Origin: a virus
Direction: 5' to 3' (one strand)
DNA: 64,000 nucleotides
IMG/VR virus record: IMGVR_UViG_3300032267_001484
Part shown: piece after piece, positions 1 through 8,807 of the stretch
How positions within the stretch are numbered: position 1 is the first letter of the stretch
How the letters are laid out: every line of letters begins with the position of its first letter
The notes under the pieces: model-generated
Database searches by the model: none
Told to the model about the DNA's origin: nothing
The model's input: only the letters and a program-made list of their open reading frames with translations
Program-made: the position numbers and the translations under genes

Positions 1-286
1 AAGTAAGTGTTTTAGGTGTTGGATGTTCTTGAAATATAAGCCAACTCATTACTGTAAACACAATAACACCAATTCCAAAACCAATCAAACGACCAGGCCA
101 ATTAGTATCGTAGTGTGAGTTAAACATTTTAGTTGTGTTAATTAAAATAAGAGATATAGGTAACCCCATTAACATCATTATGTATGGGTTTTCTTTTGGA
201 AACTTCCATGCCATTTGTCCTTGTAATTGAACGAATGATAACACTTGAGCTAATGTTGCTAATAATAAAGCGTATATTATTTTCAT
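1..286 (-). CDS. small multi-TM membrane protein, DMT/SMR-like (partial, runs off window start)
   Basis: Not in the ORF track. ATG at 286 overlaps the polB TGA (ATGA). Hand translation MKIIYALLLATLAQVLSFVQLQGQ...WPGRLIGFGIGVIVFTVMSWLIFQEHPTPKTLT has three hydrophobic helices and is open to base 1. Confidence 0.7.
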   Translation of the reverse strand, partial: MKIIYALLLATLAQVLSFVQLQGQMAWKFPKENPYIMMLMGLPISLILINTTKMFNSHYDTNWPGRLIGFGIGVIVFTVMSWLIFQEHPTPKTLT

Positions 287-2862
287 TGTATAAATTTAAA
301 GAATTTATTTACTTTTTCATTTAAACTGGGGAAATGCCATCCTAGGTCTTCATAAATAGATTTGAGTTTATTTAATAGTGCTGATTCAAATCCTTCTTCT
401 CTGTCAGCAAATTTATCAATTAATTCAGTGATGAATTCAGGATCATTGCCTGTAAATCCAATTACATCAATTTTATATGGATTTTCTTTTAATTGAATGT
501 ATTTCATTTTATCACCAGCAGTGAATAGAGGATATTGATTTTGTACTTGTTTGAATTTGAGTAGATCATTATAGTAAATAGCAGCTTTGGTATTAATAGG
601 ACATTTTAATTTCAATGTGCTAAATATATTACCTGCTCTAGGAGATGATTTAATATACGATTCAATTTGCTTTACTCCTGTAGGTTTAGCTATTTCCTCT
701 ATAGATAATGTTTTAACATGTTTTTTAAAATTAATTATCTTTTGATCAATTTCTAATTTAGGTTTACCAAACATAATATCTTTAATTAGATTTTCTCCAA
801 ATTCACTATACAGTGGAGTCATATTTGATTTCATCAAATCCAACCCTTTCATATCTAATTCATCAACAGTAACACCTTCTTTATTTACAATATACATTGC
901 ATAACGACGTTTACCTGCAAAGTATCCCCTTTCAATAATTACCTCTTGCTTTAATTCGAAGTAATGATCACGTTTACCTACATTAAAATAATTTCTAGTT
1001 ATACGATCAATGTTATCGTTTGCTGCTTTTTGTATTTCAGTAGTGATTTCTAATGTTGCTTTAATATATTCATCCTTGGTTTTAGTTTCAGGATAACGTT
1101 GTAATACTAAATCTTTAACTTGAATGAATAATGAATCTGTATCTGAGGTGACAACGTAGTCTTTATCTTCGGTACCTAATTGTTTATTCATCCAATCATT
1201 ACAGAATTTAATTGATTCTTGAGTTACACGCTGTCCTGTTAATGTAATGGCTTTAGATATCATTTTATGACCATCTGTATAACGCCATCCATTAATAGCA
1301 TAACAACCATAGACGTCATTCAATTTAATTTTGTAAGCATGTTGTCGTCTATTGTAGAATTCACCTTTAACAGCATCACCTGATTTATATGCTTTTTTCA
1401 TCAGGTTTTTATATTCAACACGTTTATTAAACCAATCAGTTAATACTTCACATACTACTGATGATTTATCTGTTCTAAACATAGCACCAGAAGCAGCAAT
1501 TAACCAATTATTTTCTTCGATTAGAGCAATTAATGTTCCTACTTTTACTTGTGCTTGTTGAGTAGTTTGTTTTGATGTTAGTTTTTCAATAGTAATTACT
1601 TCTTCAGGATTCATTTGTTTGAGATCCTCTAATGACCAACTATTATCGTATTTATCTTTATTTACAATACGACCAACAAATGTTTCAATACCAATATTAA
1701 GTGATCTAATAATTGAAGGATACAATGAAGTAAAATCCAAATCAATAACCCATTCATATAATCCAGGTACAGGATCTTTAAGATAACCACCAGCATATTC
1801 TTCATGTGCATCTTTAAGTGCTGGGTTTATAGTTGTAGGTTTATTTGGTGAAACTATACCTTGACGTTTTAAATAAGTAAGGATAGCTCCATCATTCAAT
1901 ACAGTTGATAAGTAAATTTGTTCATAAGGTACATGACACAAATGACAAATAGCAACTGTTAGTTCAATGAATTTAAATTTCTTCTCTAATTCAATGATAA
2001 TTTCTACGTCGCGAAGGTTATATTCGATAAATTTATTTACATCTTCTCTAAATAATCTATCCAAATTACCTTCATAATCTACTTTACCTAATTTAACGTA
2101 TTTGGTTCCTATATCACCTAACTTATAAGATGGTTCGTTTTTAGGATTATATTTTTTATACAGTAGTAGATAATCAAGATGATTAATGCCCCCAATTTCA
2201 ATTGGTTGACTTTGATCCCATTCAGTAAATTTAAATTTACGAATTGGAGATAAACGAGCAGCTTCATCTGTTCCTAATACATTACATAATCTGTAATACA
2301 AATAAGGTACATCAAAGAAACCACTATTCCATCCTGTAATGATAGTTGGATCAACAGATTCCCATAGTTCAAGGAATAGTGATAATAGTTCCTCTTCACT
2401 ACTACAAGGTACTACTTGTCTATTATCTTCCTTTATAGATTGTAATTGTTTCTTTTCATCTAATATAAGACAATAATATACTTTAGATGTAGCATCATAT
2501 AATGCTATTGATGTAATCTTTTTAGGAGCAGATTTAATATACTCTGAAGTTAAGGCTCCACCAATTTCACACTCAATATCGAAATAAACTACATTTTGCC
2601 ATTCAGGAGTATCATCAGTATCTTTGTATTTATCAATTAATACTGCTGTATAGCGATCAATATCATACTCATATAGTGAAGTATCGTTCCATTCATATTT
2701 AGTAGTTAATTTTGCTCGCTTACCATCTAATGTAGGAAGATCACCAGTATTGCTTATTTGATAACGAGGAATAGTGTATTTAAATTCACTCCATCCTGTT
2801 TTATCATCACGTAGATGGAAACTGTAATTAGGTTTACCGTCGTAAAATATTGCTTGATACAT
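283..2862 (-). CDS. polB: family B DNA polymerase (T4 gp43-like) with 3'-5' exonuclease
   Basis: ExoI FDIECE, ExoII GWNSGFFDVPYL, ExoIII YNLRDV; polymerase motifs DLDFTSLYPSII, KIKLNDVYG, SDTDS, KRRYA. Confidence 0.97.
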   Translation of the reverse strand: MYQAIFYDGKPNYSFHLRDDKTGWSEFKYTIPRYQISNTGDLPTLDGKRAKLTTKYEWNDTSLYEYDIDRYTAVLIDKYKDTDDTPEWQNVVYFDIECEIGGALTSEYIKSAPKKITSIALYDATSKVYYCLILDEKKQLQSIKEDNRQVVPCSSEEELLSLFLELWESVDPTIITGWNSGFFDVPYLYYRLCNVLGTDEAARLSPIRKFKFTEWDQSQPIEIGGINHLDYLLLYKKYNPKNEPSYKLGDIGTKYVKLGKVDYEGNLDRLFREDVNKFIEYNLRDVEIIIELEKKFKFIELTVAICHLCHVPYEQIYLSTVLNDGAILTYLKRQGIVSPNKPTTINPALKDAHEEYAGGYLKDPVPGLYEWVIDLDFTSLYPSIIRSLNIGIETFVGRIVNKDKYDNSWSLEDLKQMNPEEVITIEKLTSKQTTQQAQVKVGTLIALIEENNWLIAASGAMFRTDKSSVVCEVLTDWFNKRVEYKNLMKKAYKSGDAVKGEFYNRRQHAYKIKLNDVYGCYAINGWRYTDGHKMISKAITLTGQRVTQESIKFCNDWMNKQLGTEDKDYVVTSDTDSLFIQVKDLVLQRYPETKTKDEYIKATLEITTEIQKAANDNIDRITRNYFNVGKRDHYFELKQEVIIERGYFAGKRRYAMYIVNKEGVTVDELDMKGLDLMKSNMTPLYSEFGENLIKDIMFGKPKLEIDQKIINFKKHVKTLSIEEIAKPTGVKQIESYIKSSPRAGNIFSTLKLKCPINTKAAIYYNDLLKFKQVQNQYPLFTAGDKMKYIQLKENPYKIDVIGFTGNDPEFITELIDKFADREEGFESALLNKLKSIYEDLGWHFPSLNEKVNKFFKFIQ

Positions 2863-2897
2863 ACTTAAATGTAAGATGGGGGTTTTGACACCCCCAT
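2863..2897 (-). promoter_or_regulatory. 7-bp hairpin (ATGGGGG/CCCCCAT, 8-nt loop) overlapping a TACATTTA promoter-like box upstream of polB
   Basis: Perfect inverted repeat at 2876-2882 and 2891-2897; a T-run follows on the + strand only. Confidence 0.55.
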
Positions 2898-2900
2898 TTT

Positions 2901-3437
2901 TTATAATGAACTTCTCTGTTTATCATTTTGCCATTGCCCGTCGTACTTATCTGCAGGATCACATTCGTGGAAATAGATTTGTGCTACACGAGCATCTTTT
3001 TCGATGAAAATCGTTTCATGTACATAAAGTAAAGTACCCATATTTTGGGTTTCAAATCCAGGGTCAAAAACAGGGCTATTTATGATGGCACCATTACGGT
3101 ACAGAGAAGATCGTTGTTTAATAAATGCTACTCTATTATCGGGAATTTTACATCCTTCATTAAATGTAATATCATGTACACCTTTATAAAGTAACCATCC
3201 TTCAGCACCGTCTAAATTGATAGTATCAATAGGAGCATAAGTAGTTAATTCAGTTTTATCCTTAAGTACCTTACCTATTTTACCATCTTTAGACACATTG
3301 TAAGGATTATTCGATATGCTAATACCCACTCGTTGTACTGCTTTAAGTGATAAATCATAACCAACTTGTGCTGGTTTGCCTTTTGTGTTTTCTAGAAGGA
3401 GTAAACCTTCATCAATAATTTGTTTTGCGTTTAACAT
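2901..3437 (-). CDS. dUTPase / dCTP deaminase superfamily protein
   Basis: GYDLSL, QRSSL, VFDPGF, RVAQIYF and C-terminal YDGQWQ motifs of the trimeric dUTPase/Dcd fold. Confidence 0.85.
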   Translation of the reverse strand: MLNAKQIIDEGLLLLENTKGKPAQVGYDLSLKAVQRVGISISNNPYNVSKDGKIGKVLKDKTELTTYAPIDTINLDGAEGWLLYKGVHDITFNEGCKIPDNRVAFIKQRSSLYRNGAIINSPVFDPGFETQNMGTLLYVHETIFIEKDARVAQIYFHECDPADKYDGQWQNDKQRSSL

Positions 3438-3449
3438 AATATAAATTTA

Positions 3450-3611
3450 TTAAAATTCTTCTGCTATTCCAAGTACTTCTGCTAATATCAATAATGTACC
3501 AGTGATCACAAATTCGCCTTTAATCGTAGCAACTCCTGCTACTATTCGAAGACATGATTTAAAAAGACTAATTTTAAAATGCCAATTTGTTTTACTTTCC
3601 TTTGGTTGCAT
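3450..3611 (-). CDS. 53-aa hydrophobic hypothetical protein
   Basis: Hand translation MQPKESKTNWHFKISLFKSCLRIVAGVATIKGEFVITGTLLILAEVLGIAEEF; fills the gap between the PRTase and dUTPase genes. Confidence 0.6.
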   Translation of the reverse strand: MQPKESKTNWHFKISLFKSCLRIVAGVATIKGEFVITGTLLILAEVLGIAEEF

Positions 3612-3993
3612 AGTCTGCTATTGTTTTTGAATCTTTTTGTTCCCACGGATAAACTATCCATTTATCTTCAGGTACTAAACTATAATAAAAATCAGGTTTA
3701 GTAATAGCTGATTGTTTGTGATGAATAGTAGCTGTAAAACATTTATATTTTTGGGTTTCAAATATTGTTTTTCCACTATCACATATATCATCTACTACTA
3801 ACATACTATTATCTAGTACTCCATTAGTAACTAACGGAATGTTAAGTTTGTGAGAAAGAAGCACAGCGGGGATTAAACCCCCACGCTGTATTCCTTTGAT
3901 ATATGATGGTTTAAAACTACTAGTTCTAATTTGATGTGCTAGATTCTCAACAGCATTATCAATATCATCCCAACTTAAAAATATCTTTTCCAT
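3592..3993 (-). CDS. type I purine phosphoribosyltransferase (Gpt/Xpt-like)
   Basis: GIQRGGLIPA, PRPP-binding LVVDDICDSGKT, C-terminal WIVYPWE; start overlaps the folE stop. Confidence 0.9.
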   Translation of the reverse strand: MEKIFLSWDDIDNAVENLAHQIRTSSFKPSYIKGIQRGGLIPAVLLSHKLNIPLVTNGVLDNSMLVVDDICDSGKTIFETQKYKCFTATIHHKQSAITKPDFYYSLVPEDKWIVYPWEQKDSKTIADYATKGK

Positions 3994-4628
3994 TATCTAA
4001 ATTTAGCTCCGTTTACTTCAATTGCATGTAAAAATTCCTCACGAATTAAATTATCCTTTTCCATAAACACACCACTAAATTTATTTGTAGTCATTACAGA
4101 TGGATGTTTAATACCTCTATGTGAGCAACAAGTGTGTTTACAAGCAATACTAACTGCTACTGAGGGGCAATCCATTTTAGTAGCCAGATAATCATGAATC
4201 TGCTGTGTAAGTGATTCTTGCATTTGTGGTCTACGAGAAAACCACTCAACAATACGATTTAATTTACTCAATCCAATTACATTTTCGCCTGGTACATAAG
4301 CAACAGTTGCAAATCCAGTAAATGCAAGGTTGTGATGTGCACACATGCTAACGATAGGAATGCCTGATTGGATTACTAATCCATCATAATGATCATCATT
4401 AGGGAATACTGTGATATTAGGTTCATTAGTAATTGATCCTACAATAAGATCTTTTAACCATGCTTTAGCTACACGACGAGGTGTATCTACTGTTTGTCTA
4501 TCTGCTTGATAATCAAATCCTACTGCAGTAAGAAACTGAGCATATGCTTCAGATGCTTTTTCTATCATTTGCTCGATTTCTTCTGGTGTACGAGCGAGGC
4601 TACCGTTTGATTTCTTTAATAGTTCCAT
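3993..4628 (-). CDS. folE: GTP cyclohydrolase I
   Basis: TPRRVAKAW, SMCAHH, GLSKLNR, QESLT, HTCCSHRG. Confidence 0.95.
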   Translation of the reverse strand: MELLKKSNGSLARTPEEIEQMIEKASEAYAQFLTAVGFDYQADRQTVDTPRRVAKAWLKDLIVGSITNEPNITVFPNDDHYDGLVIQSGIPIVSMCAHHNLAFTGFATVAYVPGENVIGLSKLNRIVEWFSRRPQMQESLTQQIHDYLATKMDCPSVAVSIACKHTCCSHRGIKHPSVMTTNKFSGVFMEKDNLIREEFLHAIEVNGAKFR

Positions 4629-4631
4629 ATT

Positions 4632-4892
4632 TTATTTTTTCGATTGCCAATATAATTCTCTTACTTTGCCCCCCAACTCAAAATCATTAGGTGTATTTGC
4701 TATTATATCTTCACCTACACACACTAATTGTGTTGGTTCATAATTAACAGTTGTAGGTATATTAGTATAGCAACTATAACATAATTGTCCTGCTCCTTCA
4801 ATATAGCCTACTCTATAGTCGATGTGTGTTTCAAAATCATAAGCGGTTTCTCCACCGCACATTATACATTTATCTTTTGCCATATTATACAT
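4632..4892 (-). CDS. hypothetical protein with two CxxC pairs
   Basis: CIMC ... CYSC; tightly packed between queE and folE. Confidence 0.65.
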   Translation of the reverse strand: MYNMAKDKCIMCGGETAYDFETHIDYRVGYIEGAGQLCYSCYTNIPTTVNYEPTQLVCVGEDIIANTPNDFELGGKVRELYWQSKK

Positions 4893-5760
4893 TTAGTGTT
4901 TTATTCCAAGCAGCAATGTGCAAACGAGTTAATCCTCTAAATTTATACTTTTTAGCCATTTCAAGAACAAATTGAGTACGTTCTTCAAAGTTAGCTACAT
5001 CATCTAATCCTGGCATGCAAACCACGTTGGAAAAAGGTATGCTAAATGGTACGACAAAATCACGGAATAATTCTTGAACATCTTCTTCATTAGATATAAC
5101 AAATTTAAATTGATAAGTTCTATAACTGTTCATTATTTTCTTAATCGCTTCTGGGACAATGCGTTGTTTTTCAGTCATTCCGGAATTTGATAACTTAGGA
5201 GAGCAGTTAATCTGATCTATGTAGACTCTAAGTTCATCGGTAATTTCAATAGTTCCGTTCGTTTCTATTTCACTGTAAGCAGTAACAGCATCTGTATAGA
5301 TTAAACCTCCGGATAAAACTTTTTTAACAGAAGGATCTACTAATTTCCAATATCTAAAGAAATTAACAATTGCTTCTTGATGTCCTTTAATTGTCGGTTC
5401 ACCGCCAGTCCAAATAATGTGAATAGTACCATTTTTAATATCTTCATAGATACCTTCTTCTTTCCATCTATCAATTAGATATTGGAATTCTTTATTTTCA
5501 CCTCTCCATAGCCATTGACTTGTAGAATCACAAGTCCAGGTTGCTTTACCTTCTTTAACTAAATCACCTTCAAATATTTCTCCGTCTTCTAGTGATTGTT
5601 CTTTCATTAGTTGATTTGCAAATTGACGGCTCATTCCGCAAGTCAAGTTACAAATACCTAAACGAACAAAGTAAGAGGGCACTCCAGAGGAGATACCCTC
5701 ACCTTGGACAGAGTAGAAGTCAGAACTTATAAGTAGTTTGTTAGGATCTATTTTACTCAT
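4885..5760 (-). CDS. queE: 7-carboxy-7-deazaguanine synthase (radical SAM)
   Basis: FYSVQGEG, FVRLGICNLTC...CDS, TGGEP, IETNGT, SPKLSNS, RLHI; cluster context. Confidence 0.92.
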   Translation of the reverse strand: MSKIDPNKLLISSDFYSVQGEGISSGVPSYFVRLGICNLTCGMSRQFANQLMKEQSLEDGEIFEGDLVKEGKATWTCDSTSQWLWRGENKEFQYLIDRWKEEGIYEDIKNGTIHIIWTGGEPTIKGHQEAIVNFFRYWKLVDPSVKKVLSGGLIYTDAVTAYSEIETNGTIEITDELRVYIDQINCSPKLSNSGMTEKQRIVPEAIKKIMNSYRTYQFKFVISNEEDVQELFRDFVVPFSIPFSNVVCMPGLDDVANFEERTQFVLEMAKKYKFRGLTRLHIAAWNKTLNV

Positions 5761-5882
5761 TTTAATAATGTTTTTATGTAAGTAAATATAGGATTAAAAT
5801 TTTGCCAATCAAATATTACTGATGCAATACTTAAATGCTTTTCTCCACATAATCCTAAAATATGTTGTATTTCGTGAATCAT
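5757..5882 (-). CDS. 41-aa hypothetical protein
   Basis: MIHEIQHILGLCGEKHLSIASVIFDWQNFNPIFTYIKTLLK; ATGA overlaps at both ends (with the 5879 gene and with queE). Confidence 0.6.
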   Translation of the reverse strand: MIHEIQHILGLCGEKHLSIASVIFDWQNFNPIFTYIKTLLK

Positions 5883-6130
5883 TTTTTTCTATTTTTATAC
5901 CATACTGTACCTGCAGTTCCTAAAAAAGCACCTATAACAGCAGCTGGTACTAATGATTTGTCTTCAACATATGAAGTAGTGATAAAAGCACTTACTACAA
6001 TAATAGCTGCTGACCAAATGCCTGCTGCTATTGCTTTGTTTTCTCCTACTTTAATAAAGTAATAAGTCCAGCATATGTCAGCTATAATCATAGCTAACAT
6101 TACTAGAATAAATTGTATTGGATAAATCAT
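5879..6130 (-). CDS. small 3-TM membrane protein
   Basis: Three hydrophobic stretches and a basic C-terminus. Confidence 0.75.
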   Translation of the reverse strand: MIYPIQFILVMLAMIIADICWTYYFIKVGENKAIAAGIWSAAIIVVSAFITTSYVEDKSLVPAAVIGAFLGTAGTVWYKNRKK

Positions 6131-6142
6131 AAAATTAAATTT

Positions 6143-6181
6143 AAATTAAAATGTCCCCCTGCCATTAAGCAGAGGGACATT
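6143..6181 (-). terminator. rho-independent terminator
   Basis: 13-bp stem AATGTCCCTCTGC/GCAGGGGGACATT followed by a T-rich tract, right after the HTH gene. Confidence 0.8.
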
Positions 6182-6188
6182 GGGTGAA

Positions 6189-6425
6189 TTAACCTTTAGT
6201 CAACTCGGTGTTCTTGGTACGACGGCGAGTCAAATTGTACATTGCATTAGCAATAGTGTCAGTTACCTTTCGAGTACCACTAGTTACATTTGAAATGTGA
6301 CTTTCAGAATAACCAGTTGTTTCTGCAAGACGGGTGTTGTCACCTTGACGTCTACGAGCTTTGTAAAAGGCCAACTTTGCTGTGCGATTCAATTTGTTTG
6401 CACGAACGTTTGTTTGATAACTCAT
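6189..6425 (-). CDS. small basic HTH (XRE-like) DNA-binding protein
   Basis: TRLAETTGYSESHISNVTSG helix-turn-helix pattern. Start moved to ATG 6425 because the longer ORF overlaps the promoter box. Confidence 0.7.
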   Translation of the reverse strand: MSYQTNVRANKLNRTAKLAFYKARRRQGDNTRLAETTGYSESHISNVTSGTRKVTDTIANAMYNLTRRRTKNTELTKG

Positions 6426-6462
6426 AACTACTATATTGGGTTTTTGATTACGATTTATAGAG

Positions 6463-6488
6463 TAAATATACAATCTTTACTTTGCCAA
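6463..6488 (-). promoter_or_regulatory. putative early/middle promoter TTGGC-N13-TATATTTA
   Basis: Similar architecture upstream of queE, the SSB gene, the polA-like gene, the 34793 gene and polB. Confidence 0.55.
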
Positions 6489-6899
6489 ATAATCTTCTAT
6501 TTTAATATTTAAGTAATGGAATTCACGATGGCAATTAGAACATAAAGGGATACACTTTTTTAATTCTAATTTAGTTACATTTATTCCTCTTATTGATGTG
6601 CCTACACTAAAATCTTTTTTAGTAGGATCTAAATGATGAGCATCAATAACATAATATCTTTTATCTCCACATTTAGCACATCCTTGAGATTTCCATTCAT
6701 CAATAGCGTTTTTGCGTCTTGCTGAGTGGGTTTTACTTTGTTCTTTCCATTTGTCTTTATGTTGCTGTCTATAATTTTCTGTTCTAACAGCAGTACATTT
6801 TTTACAAACACTTAAATATCGGTTTCTGCTTTTATCAAACGGAAACTCATTTAATTCTTTATTTGATTTACAATCGATACAATGTTTTAGGGTATTCAT
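6477..6899 (-). mobile_element. free-standing HNH homing endonuclease
   Basis: CxxC zinc fingers, DAHHLDP..KDF, KCIPLCSNCHREFH. Confidence 0.85.
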
Positions 6900-6932
6900 G
6901 ATAATAAATATTATGAATACCCCAAAGACATT
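6881..6932 (-). promoter_or_regulatory. start-codon-sequestering hairpin with ATATTTAT in its loop
   Basis: Perfect 10-bp core GGGUAUUCAU/AUGAAUACCC, extendable to about 18 bp; the 3' arm starts at the HNH ATG. Confidence 0.8.
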
Positions 6933-7776
6933 ATTTATTTTTATATTCTTCTAATACTTTAGTAACATGAGCTACTACTTTATCCCATGAAGCTAAACCA
7001 TCTTCATCTTCATACTGTACTGAATCTGGGCGTCCTAGTTTAATAAATGCTTCTACACGTTCAACAGATGCTGCTGATTTATAGTCGCTATTACCTGAAG
7101 GGTATGGTTTGTAAGAAGTATTAGTATGTTTATATACTTCATTAAAATCTAAACCTAGTTTTTTACAACATTCTTCACCATCTTGAAGAATAGTAAATTT
7201 ATTACCTTCCATATAAGGAGTATAAAAATTTACTAATTCAGAATCCCAATTTCCAATTCTAAAAGCATGCATATCAGCATCACGAAATTCAGCCTTACAG
7301 TCTGGGTAAATTTGATGGTCTCCACTATGTACACCTAGCGCGATAGCTACTTCTTGACCTACAGTACAATCATCTGTAATAGGTTTAGTTGCAATTGAGA
7401 GTGCTACTGCTTGAATAAGTGAAGCAAAGATTTTATTACGATTAGGAACAACAGTATCTTTCATATTGTCTTGTTCGTAATGTCCTTCAGGAACATCCCA
7501 TCCACCTTCAACTAATGCTGAATTGAGTAATTGAGACAATCCATCTAATTTAATAATTTGGTGGGTTAAGTTACCATAAATAGGTTTACCACCACATCCA
7601 CAATTTTTTTCATTTACATAAGCAACCAATGATTGTGCTCGCTCGAGTTCTACTCGGTGTTTTTGACCATAATCAAATGAGAGAGCTGTTACATCGTAAT
7701 CATTTGCAAGGAGGTGGAGAAGTAATGTTGATGAATCCATTCCACCTGAGAGGGATAAAACTGCTTGTTTTTTCAT
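6931..7776 (-). CDS. queC: 7-cyano-7-deazaguanine synthase
   Basis: LSLSGGMDSS, FDYGQKH, TVVPNRN, GVHSGD, YPDC. Confidence 0.93.
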   Translation of the reverse strand: MKKQAVLSLSGGMDSSTLLLHLLANDYDVTALSFDYGQKHRVELERAQSLVAYVNEKNCGCGGKPIYGNLTHQIIKLDGLSQLLNSALVEGGWDVPEGHYEQDNMKDTVVPNRNKIFASLIQAVALSIATKPITDDCTVGQEVAIALGVHSGDHQIYPDCKAEFRDADMHAFRIGNWDSELVNFYTPYMEGNKFTILQDGEECCKKLGLDFNEVYKHTNTSYKPYPSGNSDYKSAASVERVEAFIKLGRPDSVQYEDEDGLASWDKVVAHVTKVLEEYKNK

Positions 7777-7793
7777 TTTTAAAACAATTAATT

Positions 7794-7838
7794 GAAACTG
7801 TATTTATTTATTAAACGCTTACGTTTCGTTCAAGCGTT
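7794..7838 (-). ncRNA. candidate H-type pseudoknot in the queC leader
   Basis: P1 AACGCUU/AAGCGUU; loop GAAAC is complementary to a downstream GUUUC after an A-rich linker. Confidence 0.4.
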
Positions 7839-8622
7839 ATTTAATATATTCTTTAAACTTTTGCACATTAAAGATAATATCTTCTTTTTGCTCGCTCAAA
7901 TCTTTTTCAAAATAATAAGCAAGTTTTTCTTTTGGTTTATAAGTTAAACCATTTTCTTGATATCTATTTCCTTCAGCTCCAACTAAAATTGGATTTGATG
8001 TATCACATGAGCGAATAAATTTCCAATCCTTATAAACCATAAATTCTTGGGGTAAGGAACAACCTAACAGATGATGGTAGTAGTTTTCATGTATAGTTCC
8101 TTTTTCAACTAATCGTCTAATAAACTCCATTCTACCATACATTTGATTCTTTAATGGATCCTCATATCCTAATTCTTGATAAGCAATACTAGAATGATTA
8201 AATGCTATGTGTTTGTAACCTAAATCAACTAGTGTTTGGTATGTAGATATTAATTCACCCATATCTCTACCTTGGCATACAGCCATTAATTCAACATCTA
8301 ATTCTTTTAGTTGTTTACTATAATTAATCATCCAATGCTTAGCACTTCTTATAGTTGTAATACTATCATTCCAAGCATCAGGAACAATGAATATATTAGG
8401 ATGTAATAATTCAATTTTTGAAAGTAAATCTTCTATTGTATGTGTTACTCCTTCAAACAATCCATTATCCATAATAATGAATCGTTTATCTTTTTTAGCT
8501 TTAGTAAAGAATAAATTATACTGTTGTGATTTATCTAATAAGTGAGGAAGACAATAATCATAATCATTCCACTCATAAGCATATTGCATTAGGCTAAGAG
8601 GTAATTCGTGTGAGATTTTCAT
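7837..8622 (-). CDS. DpdA-like / TGT-fold deazaguanine DNA transglycosylase (divergent)
   Basis: IIMDNGLFE (cf. LDSGAF), IVPD, AVCQG, HLLG, SCDTSNP (cf. SxDSS); lies between queD and queC. Confidence 0.7.
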   Translation of the reverse strand: MKISHELPLSLMQYAYEWNDYDYCLPHLLDKSQQYNLFFTKAKKDKRFIIMDNGLFEGVTHTIEDLLSKIELLHPNIFIVPDAWNDSITTIRSAKHWMINYSKQLKELDVELMAVCQGRDMGELISTYQTLVDLGYKHIAFNHSSIAYQELGYEDPLKNQMYGRMEFIRRLVEKGTIHENYYHHLLGCSLPQEFMVYKDWKFIRSCDTSNPILVGAEGNRYQENGLTYKPKEKLAYYFEKDLSEQKEDIIFNVQKFKEYIK

Positions 8623-8807
8623 TTACAATGCTTTAACTTTGACTTTAATTTATCTAATTTAATTTGTTTCCACCATTTACCCATATTACCTGATGGTTGA
8701 AAGTCTTCCCAATTTTCAAATTCATCTTCCCAATACCCTTCAGTATAAGGAGGAGCAATAATTAATTCGTGTTTTTTAAGAGGAGTTTTTTTCTTTTTAT
8801 CCTTCAT
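8619..8807 (-). CDS. hypothetical protein
   Basis: MKDKKKKTPL...; start at 8807 preferred; ATGA-coupled to the upstream remnant and overlapping the dpdA-like start. Confidence 0.5.
   Translation of the reverse strand: MKDKKKKTPLKKHELIIAPPYTEGYWEDEFENWEDFQPSGNMGKWWKQIKLDKLKSKLKHCK

Noticed and set aside
6426-6473. Longer start for the HTH gene
   Set aside because: The TTG start falls at the promoter box; ATG 6425 fits better
7794-7838. Canonical preQ1-I riboswitch call
   Set aside because: The architecture fits but the consensus ligand-binding nucleotides do not; kept only as a candidate pseudoknot
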